Virus record (IMG/VR): IMGVR_UViG_3300031994_000090
Length of the DNA stretch: 64,000 bases
DNA from: an uncultured virus (IMG/VR IMGVR_UViG_3300031994_000090)
Taxonomy: Duplodnaviria; Heunggongvirae; Uroviricota; Caudoviricetes
Strand: one strand, 5' to 3'
Part shown: piece after piece, positions 9,602 to 19,043 of the stretch
How positions within the stretch are numbered: position 1 is the stretch's first letter
Layout: every line of letters begins with the position of its first letter
The notes under the pieces: model-generated
The model's database searches: none
What the model was told of the DNA's origin: nothing
The model's input: only the letters and a program-made list of their open reading frames with translations
Made by a program: the position numbers and the translations under genes

Positions 9602-10444
9602 CTACATTAAGAATGATTCTACTTTCGGATTGAGTTTTACATCGTGGCGGACTATATACCTTGCGCTCATGGCGGGGTTGGTATGACCAGCGAGTTGCAT
9701 GATGTCAAGTATATCCGTCCCCAGGTCTGCAAGGATGGTGCAGAATGAGATTCTTGCAGAGTGCGAGGAAAGGAACATCCACTTCGGGCCGGAGATTTCC
9801 TTCCCGGCCTTATACACACTTACCTCCGTGTTGATTTCCGCCCTCTGCGCCAGTTCCCTTACCATGTTGTTGTAGTAGGAAATAGAGAGGTTCTGCTTGC
9901 CGTGTTTATGCAACCATTCCACTTTTTCCTTGGTTGCGTCGGAGCAGATGATTGTGGATTGGATGCGAGTCTTCTTTGACACGTAGTTCAGATACCACCC
10001 ACCTTCCTCCCGCTTCTGGAAGTTCGAGGGAAGCAGCTTGATAAGGTCAGAGTGACGAAGGCCGGTCTTGCAGGATACATAGAACCCGTCCCGGACGGTT
10101 CGTTCCATGTCGGAGTCGAGCCAGGCGTTACCGAAGGCTTCCACCTCCTCTTTGGTGAGGTAGGTTTTCATCGGAGCCTCATTCTTGGCCTTGAGGATTT
10201 CACGATAGTTTTTCGGGAGGTTCGGCAATTCATCCTCGAACTGCGCAAGGAATGCTTTGAGAACGGCAAAGGTGGTGTGTGCTGATGATGGGGCCATGGT
10301 TTCCTTGACTTCACCGGCGAACCTTGTAAGGTGCCATTTGTCAAAGTCCTCCCATCTGTCTATGTGGGCCGTGGCAAGGTGCTTCACTATGCCCGGCTTC
10401 TGCCTCGGGTTGAGGCTCTGGAGTGCTTCTTGTAGCGGTATCAT
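9602..10444 (-). CDS. Second tyrosine recombinase (short, no arm-binding domain)
   Basis: TGLRHSD, HSARIS, AGH, RY; 280 aa. Confidence 0.88.
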   Translation of the reverse strand: MIPLQEALQSLNPRQKPGIVKHLATAHIDRWEDFDKWHLTRFAGEVKETMAPSSAHTTFAVLKAFLAQFEDELPNLPKNYREILKAKNEAPMKTYLTKEEVEAFGNAWLDSDMERTVRDGFYVSCKTGLRHSDLIKLLPSNFQKREEGGWYLNYVSKKTRIQSTIICSDATKEKVEWLHKHGKQNLSISYYNNMVRELAQRAEINTEVSVYKAGKEISGPKWMFLSSHSARISFCTILADLGTDILDIMQLAGHTNPAMSARYIVRHDVKLNPKVESFLM

Positions 10445-10458
10445 GGTTTGATTGGATT

Positions 10459-10713
10459 TTAGAAGATGCGGATAAACACATTGTCCGAACTTATACGGCC
10501 CTGGAGGTCATGGTTAAACTCCCTCTCAAACGAGTGGCCTCCGTAAATTCCACAGAGGCGGTTATCATCGCCCTCGGAAGTGATAGCGAGTGAGCGACAT
10601 TCGGTTTCCTTGAGGGTAAGAACCTTCTCGACAAATTCGTCTTCCAGTTCGCGGCCTTCTCTTTTCGTAAGATACTGCCTTGCAGCATCCACGGCGAATA
10701 CATAAATCTTCAT
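10459..10713 (-). CDS. Hypothetical early protein
   Basis: Start MKIYVF after leader motif. Confidence 0.6.
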   Translation of the reverse strand: MKIYVFAVDAARQYLTKREGRELEDEFVEKVLTLKETECRSLAITSEGDDNRLCGIYGGHSFEREFNHDLQGRISSDNVFIRIF

Positions 10714-10908
10714 AGTGGTGTTCTTTAATTGGTTTATTGGAGAAGAAGTAGGGCTACCGGCCCCGCCTCTTCTGAATCTTGTCCGACACTGCGAATCCGA
10801 GGCCAACAAGAATCCCCTCCGCTACCCAAATGCCATTCCACTCGTAGAATAGAGCAGCAAGGGTAATCATGAGGACAATGATAGCGAAGTAAGTGATTTT
10901 GAGTTTCA

Positions 10909-11085
10909 TTACGATAGTTTTTTAATGATACGATTGAGCTGGTTGATTTCAACTTCAGCTTTCGGAATGTCGTCAAAATCGCGGAATCTCTTGTCGTCCA
11001 TTATACGGCTACGAAGTGCACCGATTTCCATCTGGCAGAGTTCCGTAAGAACGGATACTTCTTTGGTTGTTAATTCTACTTGCAT
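10909..11085 (-). CDS. Small hypothetical protein (58 aa, below ORF-track cutoff)
   Basis: MQVELTTKEV...IKKLS* after leader motif. Confidence 0.5.
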   Translation of the reverse strand: MQVELTTKEVSVLTELCQMEIGALRSRIMDDKRFRDFDDIPKAEVEINQLNRIIKKLS

Positions 11086-11148
11086 AATGTGAAATTTTGA
11101 TTGGTGAATTAGCGGTTAAAGGGGCGGCATCACCCGCCCCACAACCAA

Positions 11149-11385
11149 TCAAATGCAGCCATCATTGGCCGCAGTGAAGACCTCGTGTGCATCCCTCGCA
11201 TACTCCTTGAACTCCCTTGCCATCGCAAGGTCTCCCTCCTTTGCACACTGGTCCGCAATCGCCTTCATTTTCTCCTCGCAGTCGAACATTGCATTCTTAA
11301 CCCGAAAGAGCTGGCTAAAGGTCAAACCAGAGATTGAATATCGAACCCCGTCATTGGTGGTTCGTTTTGTAACTCTTACTGCCAT
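11149..11385 (-). CDS. Hypothetical early protein
   Basis: ORF after hairpin/leader motif. Confidence 0.6.
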   Translation of the reverse strand: MAVRVTKRTTNDGVRYSISGLTFSQLFRVKNAMFDCEEKMKAIADQCAKEGDLAMAREFKEYARDAHEVFTAANDGCI

Positions 11386-11448
11386 AGTGAAAAAGATTTT
11401 TGATTGTTGGCAAGCACTGGCGCGGTCAGGCGCCGGTGCCCGTGAGGA

Positions 11449-11763
11449 TTACTTCACCCGCAGTTTCTTGCGCACCTCGTCGCAGATTTGACACCAGATA
11501 ATCGGGTTAGTGTACCAGTGGCTCCCTCCCTTGTAGTCGAAGCAGAGAACTTCTCCGGTATGAGGCGGATTTTGCTTTACCAACTCAACCACAATTACCG
11601 GATAGAAATCAAATCTTCCCGAGGGGCTTTCGGACACCGCCTGCACTTCTCCCGACAACTCCAGTTTCTTGATGCCGTTGGCATTAAGAAGGTCGCGGAT
11701 TTCATATTTGGCTTTCTGGTTGAGGGCGTCAATGCGCTCCTCGTAGGTTTTTCTTTTGCTCAT
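11449..11763 (-). CDS. Hypothetical early protein
   Basis: Start MSKRKT after AACCAATCA. Confidence 0.65.
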   Translation of the reverse strand: MSKRKTYEERIDALNQKAKYEIRDLLNANGIKKLELSGEVQAVSESPSGRFDFYPVIVVELVKQNPPHTGEVLCFDYKGGSHWYTNPIIWCQICDEVRKKLRVK

Positions 11764-11823
11764 AGTGTTTTGTTGATTGGTTTGGCGACCACGCACCCGG
11801 TCAAAGGTGCGCAGTCATGGGGT

Positions 11824-12090
11824 TTACGCAAACACCTCCGATAGCCTCGGCAGTCGGTCCACGACTACAAGGTCGTCATAGATGGTGCGCAGTTCAGAGA
11901 GTAGTTCTGCGTACTCACTCTGCGCTGCCGGTTTGGTGTTTTTGCGGTAGAAATCCAGTGAGCAAGGACCATGTTGCCCCACATGCTCATAACTTGTAAG
12001 CATGTCCTTGTTCCAGCAGATAGGGAAAACGGCAATGATTTCGCCATAGAAGTCCTTCGTGCAGACTTTTCTGAATACAACTTTTGTCAT
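11824..12090 (-). CDS. Hypothetical early protein
   Basis: VVFRK...IAVFP...SYEHVGQHG. Confidence 0.65.
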   Translation of the reverse strand: MTKVVFRKVCTKDFYGEIIAVFPICWNKDMLTSYEHVGQHGPCSLDFYRKNTKPAAQSEYAELLSELRTIYDDLVVVDRLPRLSEVFA

Positions 12091-12096
12091 AGGGCG

Positions 12097-12438
12097 TCAA
12101 TCTAATTTGTCGGCGATATTGCGGAGGTCTGCTTTCCATTCCTCCAAGTCCTCATAATGCTCGCGAGTATTGTCGAAAGGGACGCCCTTTGCATGAGCGG
12201 CCTCGCGACCATTCTGCCACCAGAGCATCACTTCTTCGTCAATGTCGAAATCGTCAAGGTACTTATTGAGGCACTTGCGCGACGGCTCGTCAAGGCAAAT
12301 AATCATATCCCCTCCGGCGTTGGTGTAGTATTCCAGTTCCACAGAGTTGGGCTTGTCCGCCCACACCGGCTCGGTGTTGCAGACTTTTACATCGTATTCT
12401 TCCAGAATCGCGATGTTTTTCAAGAATTTTTTATCCAT
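12097..12438 (-). CDS. Hypothetical acidic early protein
   Basis: Start MDKKFL after AACCAATCA. Confidence 0.65.
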   Translation of the reverse strand: MDKKFLKNIAILEEYDVKVCNTEPVWADKPNSVELEYYTNAGGDMIICLDEPSRKCLNKYLDDFDIDEEVMLWWQNGREAAHAKGVPFDNTREHYEDLEEWKADLRNIADKLD

Positions 12439-12498
12439 AGTGATATTTGATTGGTTTGTGGAGGCCCATGGCCCGGTCAAGAGCCATAAGCCAAACTG

Positions 12499-12750
12499 TT
12501 ACCAGTCTTTGCGAATCAAATCCACAAGACGACCGCAGACCCCGACGGAGGTTTCATCGGCGTGTCGCTCGAAGGTTCCATTTTCATAGCATTTTCCGTT
12601 ACCATGGAGGCGCTCATACGCCTCATTATGCCGGTGTATAAGCGCCATGCAGATTTCATACTCCTCCGTCTTGTTGAGGTGGTCGAGAGACACGAGCCCG
12701 AAGAGTGGGCCTTTAGAGTAACATTTTGATTTTGTTGCTTTGCTTTCCAT
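12499..12750 (-). CDS. Hypothetical early protein
   Basis: ORF after hairpin/AACCAATCA. Confidence 0.6.
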   Translation of the reverse strand: MESKATKSKCYSKGPLFGLVSLDHLNKTEEYEICMALIHRHNEAYERLHGNGKCYENGTFERHADETSVGVCGRLVDLIRKDW

Positions 12751-12855
12751 AATGAATCAGTGATTGGTTTGTAGCGAATAGCCACCCGGTCAGAGGTGGC
12801 TATCCGAAGGAAGAATGGTGTCGGCGGGACGGAGCCCGCCTCCAAGAAAGAAGGC

Positions 12856-13395
12856 TTAAGCCTCGCTTGCGCTCGGTTTTTCAAGATGCGCCACGGGCAC
12901 AACAACGCAGGTGTTATACAAGTTGTTGCTGCCGAAGAAACCGTAGCCGCCACTCGCAACCCACGCGCCGCCGGCGCTGACACGAAGGCAAGACCAAAGG
13001 TAGGAACCTTCGGGGAGAAGGTCTGCGCCCTCTATCTGCTTCGCAAGGGCGTTGATTTCTTTCTGGTACTTCTTGATGGCTCCGGCGGTAAGGAGAGAAG
13101 GAATGTTGAACTTCTCTCCGATGCCACGCACGAACTTCGCTGCCGGGCTATCCAGCTTCAGCAGTTCATCGGTGCGCTCTTTGCAGAGGTCGGTGTCTTC
13201 AAAAAGAGCCTCAATCTCCGAATGGCCCGGCTCCTTCCAGTCGTCAATGCGACTGGCGTTAAGAAGTTTGCACTCCTTGTATTTGGGATACACCAGAATG
13301 GTCGCACCGTCAATCCTCGGAATTGAGATTCCTTCGATGGCATCCAGTTTCATTTCGTCTTCGCGACCTTCTTTGAAAATGAGTTTTGCTTTCAT
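12856..13395 (-). CDS. Remote DGR target protein (179 aa, C-terminal CLec-like variable region)
   Basis: C-terminus GSYLWSCLR...AW...VVVPVA is encoded by a 122-bp TR copy differing only at TR adenines. Confidence 0.9.
   Translation of the reverse strand: MKAKLIFKEGREDEMKLDAIEGISIPRIDGATILVYPKYKECKLLNASRIDDWKEPGHSEIEALFEDTDLCKERTDELLKLDSPAAKFVRGIGEKFNIPSLLTAGAIKKYQKEINALAKQIEGADLLPEGSYLWSCLRVSAGGAWVASGGYGFFGSNNLYNTCVVVPVAHLEKPSASEA
12887..13008 (-). repeat. DGR variable repeat VR2
   Basis: 18 mismatches to TR 48216-48337, all at TR adenines. Confidence 0.95.
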
Positions 13396-13468
13396 TTGTT
13401 GTGAAATTAAATTGGTTGAACATAAGGGTTGGCGCACTCCGTTCCGGCCAGGGAACGGAATGCAATGG

Positions 13469-13714
13469 TTAATCTTGGAAGTGCCCCTCCACAAGATAGA
13501 GAGAGAAGTCCTCGCCCTCACTGGTTTGACCGCAAATGTCAAACTCGTAAAAGCCCTTATCTGCATTGAACTTGTCTCGACGGTGACGAACCACCCACTT
13601 ATCTGCGAGGGCAAGAGAAAGGTCGCTTTCGAGCTGTTTCTTTGCATTTTCCCACTTGTGGTAATAGCGCTCAAACACTCGCCTGCCTACTTCTTTGACG
13701 TAGATTGTAAACAT
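13469..13714 (-). CDS. Hypothetical early protein
   Basis: Start MFTIYV. Confidence 0.6.
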   Translation of the reverse strand: MFTIYVKEVGRRVFERYYHKWENAKKQLESDLSLALADKWVVRHRRDKFNADKGFYEFDICGQTSEGEDFSLYLVEGHFQD

Positions 13715-13725
13715 GGCTACACCTC

Positions 13726-13944
13726 CTAAAGATAATATCTCAGCCCGTCGTCTGCGACGAACCATTTCTTCAGTACGAGAACTCCATTTACGGTGTTCTT
13801 CTTGCGGTTTACCACTTCTTCCAGAGGGAAGTCGCGGTAGTGTGTTGCGCCATAGCCGAATTTAATCTCGGCCCTCGTGGGGTTGCGATGATACGTGACA
13901 TGCTGCACCCCATTGATTATGGGGTTGAATAAACTTGTACTCAT
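13726..13944 (-). CDS. Hypothetical early protein
   Basis: Start MSTSLF after AACCAATCA. Confidence 0.6.
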   Translation of the reverse strand: MSTSLFNPIINGVQHVTYHRNPTRAEIKFGYGATHYRDFPLEEVVNRKKNTVNGVLVLKKWFVADDGLRYYL

Positions 13945-14095
13945 AGATTTGTGATGTTGATTGGTTGATAAAAGAGAAGCCACCCACTCGGTCAGGAGTG
14001 AATGGCTTGGTATTTATTAAAAATCCTTAATGCGGCTATCTCACGACAGTCTGTTGTTATGAATAAATCCCGCATCACTGCGGTCAATTACGATG

Positions 14096-14126
14096 CAAAT
14101 GTAATGATTTTTTGGCACCCTGCAAA
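14096..14126 (-). promoter_or_regulatory. Internal Bacteroidota promoter upstream of remote DGR target
   Basis: Minus strand TTTG-N19-TACATTTG. Confidence 0.65.
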
Positions 14127-14151
14127 ACGGCCAGGTCTTGCAGGGCGAGAT

Positions 14152-14796
14152 TCACTTCGCACGGTCCCACCAGTCTGGATAGGTGCCGTTGATTTCGTTG
14201 AGCCCGTCATAGAGGCTAATTACCAGCTCTTCGAGGGTTTCACGAGGAACATTCTTGATGTCGTCCTTTTTGAAGGTCGCATCCACTTGGTTGATAAGGG
14301 CGCGAAGGGGATTCTGCGGAGGATTGTACGATACAACCTTGCCGAATACCATGCACACGTCGCGTTGGCAAACGTAGCCGGAGTCCGTACACTGTTGGCC
14401 GTTGTACTGGTCGATTTCCTCAATCATGTCGTCGGTGACATCTGCAAGTTTGGGATATTCCATTCTCAGGCCCTCGCCCTCTGCGTATCCGTCATAGTAT
14501 TTAAGGCAGAAGTTGTGCTCCTTTTCGTCCCCGAAGAACTCTTTGGAAACCACTTCGATGTCCTCGGTTTCCTCGACATACTTGACTATCACGCCCGCAC
14601 CGTTTATCCAGTGCACTTCCCGTCCCTCGCGGAACCAGGCATCGGGAAATTCCTGACGGGTGCGCAGTACAATGCCACCGTAGGACATTTCACCGCCACC
14701 GACGATTTGCAGAATTGCATCCTCGCAGTCTGCGATAACGACATTCGCATTGTCGTCCACGCCTTCAAGTAAGGCTTTCAGTTCTTTTGCTTTCAT
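14152..14796 (-). CDS. Hypothetical acidic early protein
   Basis: Start MKAKEL after motif. Confidence 0.65.
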   Translation of the reverse strand: MKAKELKALLEGVDDNANVVIADCEDAILQIVGGGEMSYGGIVLRTRQEFPDAWFREGREVHWINGAGVIVKYVEETEDIEVVSKEFFGDEKEHNFCLKYYDGYAEGEGLRMEYPKLADVTDDMIEEIDQYNGQQCTDSGYVCQRDVCMVFGKVVSYNPPQNPLRALINQVDATFKKDDIKNVPRETLEELVISLYDGLNEINGTYPDWWDRAK

Positions 14797-14858
14797 AGTG
14801 ATGAATTTTATTGATTGGTTTGCTCCCATGGTCACGGTCGGGTGGCCATGGGAAAAGT

Positions 14859-15089
14859 TTATTCTCCCGCAGTGCAGAAGAAATCATCAGGAACGAAGTC
14901 AATGCCGTCGTACTGGCGGAAGATTACATCGTCAGGGACAATCTCGTCCGCATTAGCGACATCCCACATTGAGGGTTCATCGTAGTCCCGGTCCATCACT
15001 TCGGCAAAAGTGCCCTCGTTTACCAGTTCTACCATGTAGTTGTTTTTCAGTTCCGTGAGCTGTTCACGGGATAATTCCGTTACGTGCAT
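14859..15089 (-). CDS. Small acidic early protein
   Basis: 76 aa, D/E-rich. Confidence 0.65.
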   Translation of the reverse strand: MHVTELSREQLTELKNNYMVELVNEGTFAEVMDRDYDEPSMWDVANADEIVPDDVIFRQYDGIDFVPDDFFCTAGE

Positions 15090-15150
15090 AGTATTGATTT
15101 GATTGGTTGATTGACACCTTGCCTACGGTTCGGTGTAGGCAAGATGAAGG

Positions 15151-15513
15151 TTAGTCAAGCAAATCGCTTGGCCAGTAGCCGTAATCGCTCCCGTCGCCGG
15201 GGTGAGCGCCGAAGAAATATCCGTCCGGAGCATAAGCATCCAAGACATCAAACAAATCCTCCAGAAACATGGTCACATCTTCGGAAGACCAACGTTCGTC
15301 ATTCTCGCTCGTGTCACCGGCGGTAATCACGCAGAGATTCCAGTTGGCACCATTGATGCTCTGAATCATCTGCGCATACTCCATCGTATCCTTGATTGCT
15401 TCAAGGAATGTCGGAACCAGGTCGCAGTTACGCATCGTGCCGTGGATAAGGGTTGCACCAAGCGGAGCATAAATCACACTCCCGGTGCGTTCATCGGTAA
15501 ATTGTCTTTCCAT
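15151..15513 (-). CDS. Hypothetical early protein
   Basis: Start MERQFT; C-terminal APDGYFFGAHPGDGSDYGYW. Confidence 0.65.
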   Translation of the reverse strand: MERQFTDERTGSVIYAPLGATLIHGTMRNCDLVPTFLEAIKDTMEYAQMIQSINGANWNLCVITAGDTSENDERWSSEDVTMFLEDLFDVLDAYAPDGYFFGAHPGDGSDYGYWPSDLLD

Positions 15514-15569
15514 AATGATTGTTGATTGGTTGGCGCCAGTGTGGCGGTTCATGGCCACACTGACAAAGA

Positions 15570-16217
15570 TTAGTACGCAAAGGCGGTTCTCGCATACAAC
15601 GGCGCAGAGTGCTTGATTTGCTCCTTGCGCTTGTTGATGTGGTTTGTGAGGGCGGCTTTGTAAGCGACCATCGCCTTCTCGCGCCTGTCCTTCAATTCGC
15701 AGTCGATTGCGTTTTTGGCTTGCTGGATTGCATCTTCGAGGCCATCGTCGCCATAGAATCCCCAACAGGAATCAATGTGCTCTCCGTCCTCATCCTCTGC
15801 AACATATCCGTAAACCTCGCCTTCAAGGTACATGTTCCACTCGCTCACGACTGATTCAGCAATCTTTTCGGCCTTGGATTTCGCCCAGGACCAACCCTTA
15901 CGGCGTTTCACGCAGATAAATGCGTAGCCGTTGGAATAGTCCCAGCCACGGGTTGTACCCAGGTGGATGCAGATACCGCTATGGTCGTAGATGCTCACGG
16001 GGAAGATGTAAAATCCATTCAGGAACCAACGGTTCGTTTCTTCGATTGCATTTCTACAATCCTCTGCGGAAATACTCTCTGAATCCACGTTCAGACAGCG
16101 GTAATCCGCGCAGAGGAAACAATCTGGATTGTCCCAGTTTGCCGGGGATTCAGCATCCTCGTCGTAGCAGATTTTTATCGACATACCTTTGTAGCCAATA
16201 GTTTCTTTCTCGTACAT
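15570..16217 (-). CDS. Hypothetical early protein
   Basis: YDHSG...WD...YLEGEVYGY...DSCWGFYG. Confidence 0.7.
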   Translation of the reverse strand: MYEKETIGYKGMSIKICYDEDAESPANWDNPDCFLCADYRCLNVDSESISAEDCRNAIEETNRWFLNGFYIFPVSIYDHSGICIHLGTTRGWDYSNGYAFICVKRRKGWSWAKSKAEKIAESVVSEWNMYLEGEVYGYVAEDEDGEHIDSCWGFYGDDGLEDAIQQAKNAIDCELKDRREKAMVAYKAALTNHINKRKEQIKHSAPLYARTAFAY

Positions 16218-16278
16218 AGTGATTTAATTTTGATTGGTTGTGGCTCCCTCGCGGATTTTCACACCCGCAAGGAAATGG

Positions 16279-16548
16279 TTAGTTTTCGTAGCCGATGATG
16301 CGCTCCACGGCAGCAATAAATTCATCGCTCCCGTCAGGAATCCGGCCACCACCGCGCTCGGCATCATGCCGTTGCAGAATGAACGTGTGGATTGCATCTT
16401 TCAGAGCAAGTTCCAGTTCGAGGTTTTCTTCCTCATACGGCTCCTCCTCCAGTGCATCCTCCAGTTCGTCCATCACATCGTAGGCGCTGAGGTTTTCTTC
16501 GCCACTTTCGTAGCGGTCCATAAGTTCGGTGATTCTTTTCTTAAGCAT
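16279..16548 (-). CDS. Highly acidic small protein
   Basis: MDELEDALEEEPYEEENLELE. Confidence 0.65.
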   Translation of the reverse strand: MLKKRITELMDRYESGEENLSAYDVMDELEDALEEEPYEEENLELELALKDAIHTFILQRHDAERGGGRIPDGSDEFIAAVERIIGYEN

Positions 16549-16603
16549 AGTGATTGTGTAGATTGGTTGTTTGCGATGGTTTGCGGATTCCTCCGCAAGC
16601 CAC

Positions 16604-17053
16604 CTAAATCACGGCTCCCCACAAACTCATTCGGTGAGTCACTTGCTTACCGTTCACGGGCCCGTCCTTGACAAGATACGGTTTGAAACACCCGTCAAAA
16701 TACCGGGGCCGGAACGTGATGCCGTTGAACTCAAAACTTCCCTGCGTGCCGAACATTTCAAGCAGTTCGTCGAGGGTTTTGTCAATCTCGATACGACCGC
16801 ACTGGCGATATTTCTCGAATAATGCACCATTGTACCGCTCTGCTGCCTTGCAGTTCCGTTTCGGACTGATTTCAAGCGTCAGTTCGTCGCGGAATGGTTC
16901 GCCCTCGCGTTTCTTGCCGTAAATTCGCAGGGATTCGAGATAACCCCAGGGGGAATAATCCCAAATGAACCCAAGGCGTTTGAGGTACGCAAGACCGCGT
17001 TTGTTCACAACCTCCCCAACGGGAAGATTCTGAAAGTATTCTTTCATTTTCAT
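16604..17053 (-). CDS. Hypothetical early protein
   Basis: Start MKMKEY after motif. Confidence 0.6.
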   Translation of the reverse strand: MKMKEYFQNLPVGEVVNKRGLAYLKRLGFIWDYSPWGYLESLRIYGKKREGEPFRDELTLEISPKRNCKAAERYNGALFEKYRQCGRIEIDKTLDELLEMFGTQGSFEFNGITFRPRYFDGCFKPYLVKDGPVNGKQVTHRMSLWGAVI

Positions 17054-17116
17054 AATTAGTGTGATTTGATTGGTTATGGCGGTTCGCCGGGTAATCACAC
17101 CCGGAAAACCATTCAT

Positions 17117-17497
17117 CTAATTCCATAACGGGAATTTGTGAGAATCATACCAAGGATGATACGCAAGGGCTTTTCGTATAGCCGTCTTGAGGCTCCTTCC
17201 ATGATAGAGCAGTATCTGCCCCTCTCTGCCAAGTTCATCAATGTCCGGGCATAAATTATCCCACACATAGAAACTCCCGTCGTTGTCGTCGCTAATATAA
17301 CAACGTGTGCTGGCGTGTCCGTCCTTGATAATGTCGGAAATGTCGGCCAACTTCGTGCCTGGTTCGTCATTACCCTGGAGCCAACATATTTGGCGTCCAA
17401 ATGGCTGATAGACTCCAGTAATCTCTTTTTTCGAGTTGGTGTGCACATATCCATTCAGTGCGGCAGCAATAGTGTTGCAGAATTTCTCGTAATTCAT
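17117..17497 (-). CDS. Hypothetical early protein
   Basis: ORF after motif. Confidence 0.6.
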   Translation of the reverse strand: MNYEKFCNTIAAALNGYVHTNSKKEITGVYQPFGRQICWLQGNDEPGTKLADISDIIKDGHASTRCYISDDNDGSFYVWDNLCPDIDELGREGQILLYHGRSLKTAIRKALAYHPWYDSHKFPLWN

Positions 17498-17558
17498 AGC
17501 AAATAGATTTGATTGGTTCGGTTCCTCCCGGTTCGTTTCAGGAGCCGGGAGAAATGGT

Positions 17559-17909
17559 TCATTTTGCAGGGACTGCTACAAGAGCCGGAGAATCACGCGA
17601 GAAAAGGAGGCTCGTCCAACGCAGTCGTTTCACACGGTAGGCGTGACCGCAGTCGATGGCCATCTGCGCATATTCACGCATACGCCATACTTCCTTTTTG
17701 CAGAACGCCATGAAATTCTCGTCGCTCTGCTCCATGCCGGTTTCATCACACACTTCGCAAAACAGCTCCCACATGGGGTCCTCTATTTCGCAGATATTCA
17801 TTGCGTGGCCGTGCCACACAATCTCCGGGTCGGCCCAATCTCCGTGGTACACAAAACGGAATCCGTAAATTCCCATCCAAAGGGGCCAGGGTGATTTGTT
17901 CTTACTCAT
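17559..17909 (-). CDS. Hypothetical early protein
   Basis: Start MSKNKS; HGDWADPEI. Confidence 0.6.
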   Translation of the reverse strand: MSKNKSPWPLWMGIYGFRFVYHGDWADPEIVWHGHAMNICEIEDPMWELFCEVCDETGMEQSDENFMAFCKKEVWRMREYAQMAIDCGHAYRVKRLRWTSLLFSRDSPALVAVPAK

Positions 17910-17971
17910 AATTGTGATTGATTGGTTTGTTGGTGCCCGTTCGTCCGGCCAGGGGCGAGCGGGCAAATTGT

Positions 17972-18274
17972 TCACTGCAAGTCCACGGCACAAAGCGCCA
18001 CGCGGATGCAACTCTTTTCCTCTGGTTTCGCGTACACCTTTGCAGCAGACAGTTCGTAGGTCCCGTCCACGGTTGAGAATCCGGTGGCCGGAGAAATCCG
18101 TTCAACCCGTCGCTCAGGATAAACCCGGTCGTAGAGGTTCGTCAGGCGCGACTCGTATTCATCCACCGCTTTTGCGTAGGATGAAAACCAGGCGTGCGTT
18201 ACGCACCGGGATTCCAGTTTGTTCCCGTCCTCGTCAAACCACTCGTGTTTGACACAGTAGATAGATTTTGCCAT
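17972..18274 (-). CDS. Hypothetical early protein
   Basis: Start MAKSIY after motif. Confidence 0.6.
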   Translation of the reverse strand: MAKSIYCVKHEWFDEDGNKLESRCVTHAWFSSYAKAVDEYESRLTNLYDRVYPERRVERISPATGFSTVDGTYELSAAKVYAKPEEKSCIRVALCAVDLQ

Positions 18275-18337
18275 AGTAAATTGTGATTGGTTCATGGTGC
18301 CCTACGGTTCGTTCAAAAACCGCAAGGCAAAAGACGG

Positions 18338-18979
18338 TTACAAGTTGCGCTCGTATGCAAAATCGTCGTTCATTATACTTTCCGCAACGCAAAGCAAATG
18401 ACCTTCTGAATTTTGCTGGCGGTATCCACCCTGGAAACGGGTGACACTGCCACAGTTCCACGAAAGGACCGGCTGATATTTCAATCGTCCCTTCGCTGCC
18501 GGAGAAACCGCACCGTAATACAGTCCGATGGTTGAATCGTCAATCTCATACTGGTCCCGAAGGAAATACTGCATCAATTCCGGATTTCGTTCGTCAATCG
18601 GAAATTCCACGGTCAAATCCAGGTCGTTGTGGATGTACTCAATCGTGAGAATCGTTGCGAACTGCTTCGGAGCACGGCTCGTTTGCATGCGATACGGGAG
18701 CATGGCGTAACCATTTTTGCTCCCGGTGTACACGCGACAATTCTCCGTCATGGGCAAATGGTTCAGAGCGTTCTGCGCATCCCGTTCGGTTAGCGCCTTG
18801 AGTCGGTCGTCGGCCCTGTGCACCACGACATGAATCTTTCCTTTCTGCGTGAGCGAATTTCCATCTATGATAACGATTTGGATTCCAAACTGCTGAAGCG
18901 GTTCGTTGTACTTGTTCTCCAGTTCTGCGAGGCGAATTTTTTCTTCAAATTCGGCCCTCATTTTAGCGATGTCGTTCAT
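18338..18979 (-). CDS. Hypothetical early protein
   Basis: Start MNDIAK after motif. Confidence 0.65.
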   Translation of the reverse strand: MNDIAKMRAEFEEKIRLAELENKYNEPLQQFGIQIVIIDGNSLTQKGKIHVVVHRADDRLKALTERDAQNALNHLPMTENCRVYTGSKNGYAMLPYRMQTSRAPKQFATILTIEYIHNDLDLTVEFPIDERNPELMQYFLRDQYEIDDSTIGLYYGAVSPAAKGRLKYQPVLSWNCGSVTRFQGGYRQQNSEGHLLCVAESIMNDDFAYERNL

Positions 18980-19043
18980 ACTTTGTGAATTTTGATTGGT
19001 TTGTGCGCACGGTGGTTCGTTCAGGAACCACCGCACATGCGGT

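Noticed and set aside
13396..13674. N-terminal extension of the remote DGR target (272-aa call)
   Set aside because: Overlaps another gene and the intergenic hairpin; ATG 13395 follows the array leader motif. The same applies to many extended ORF calls in the array
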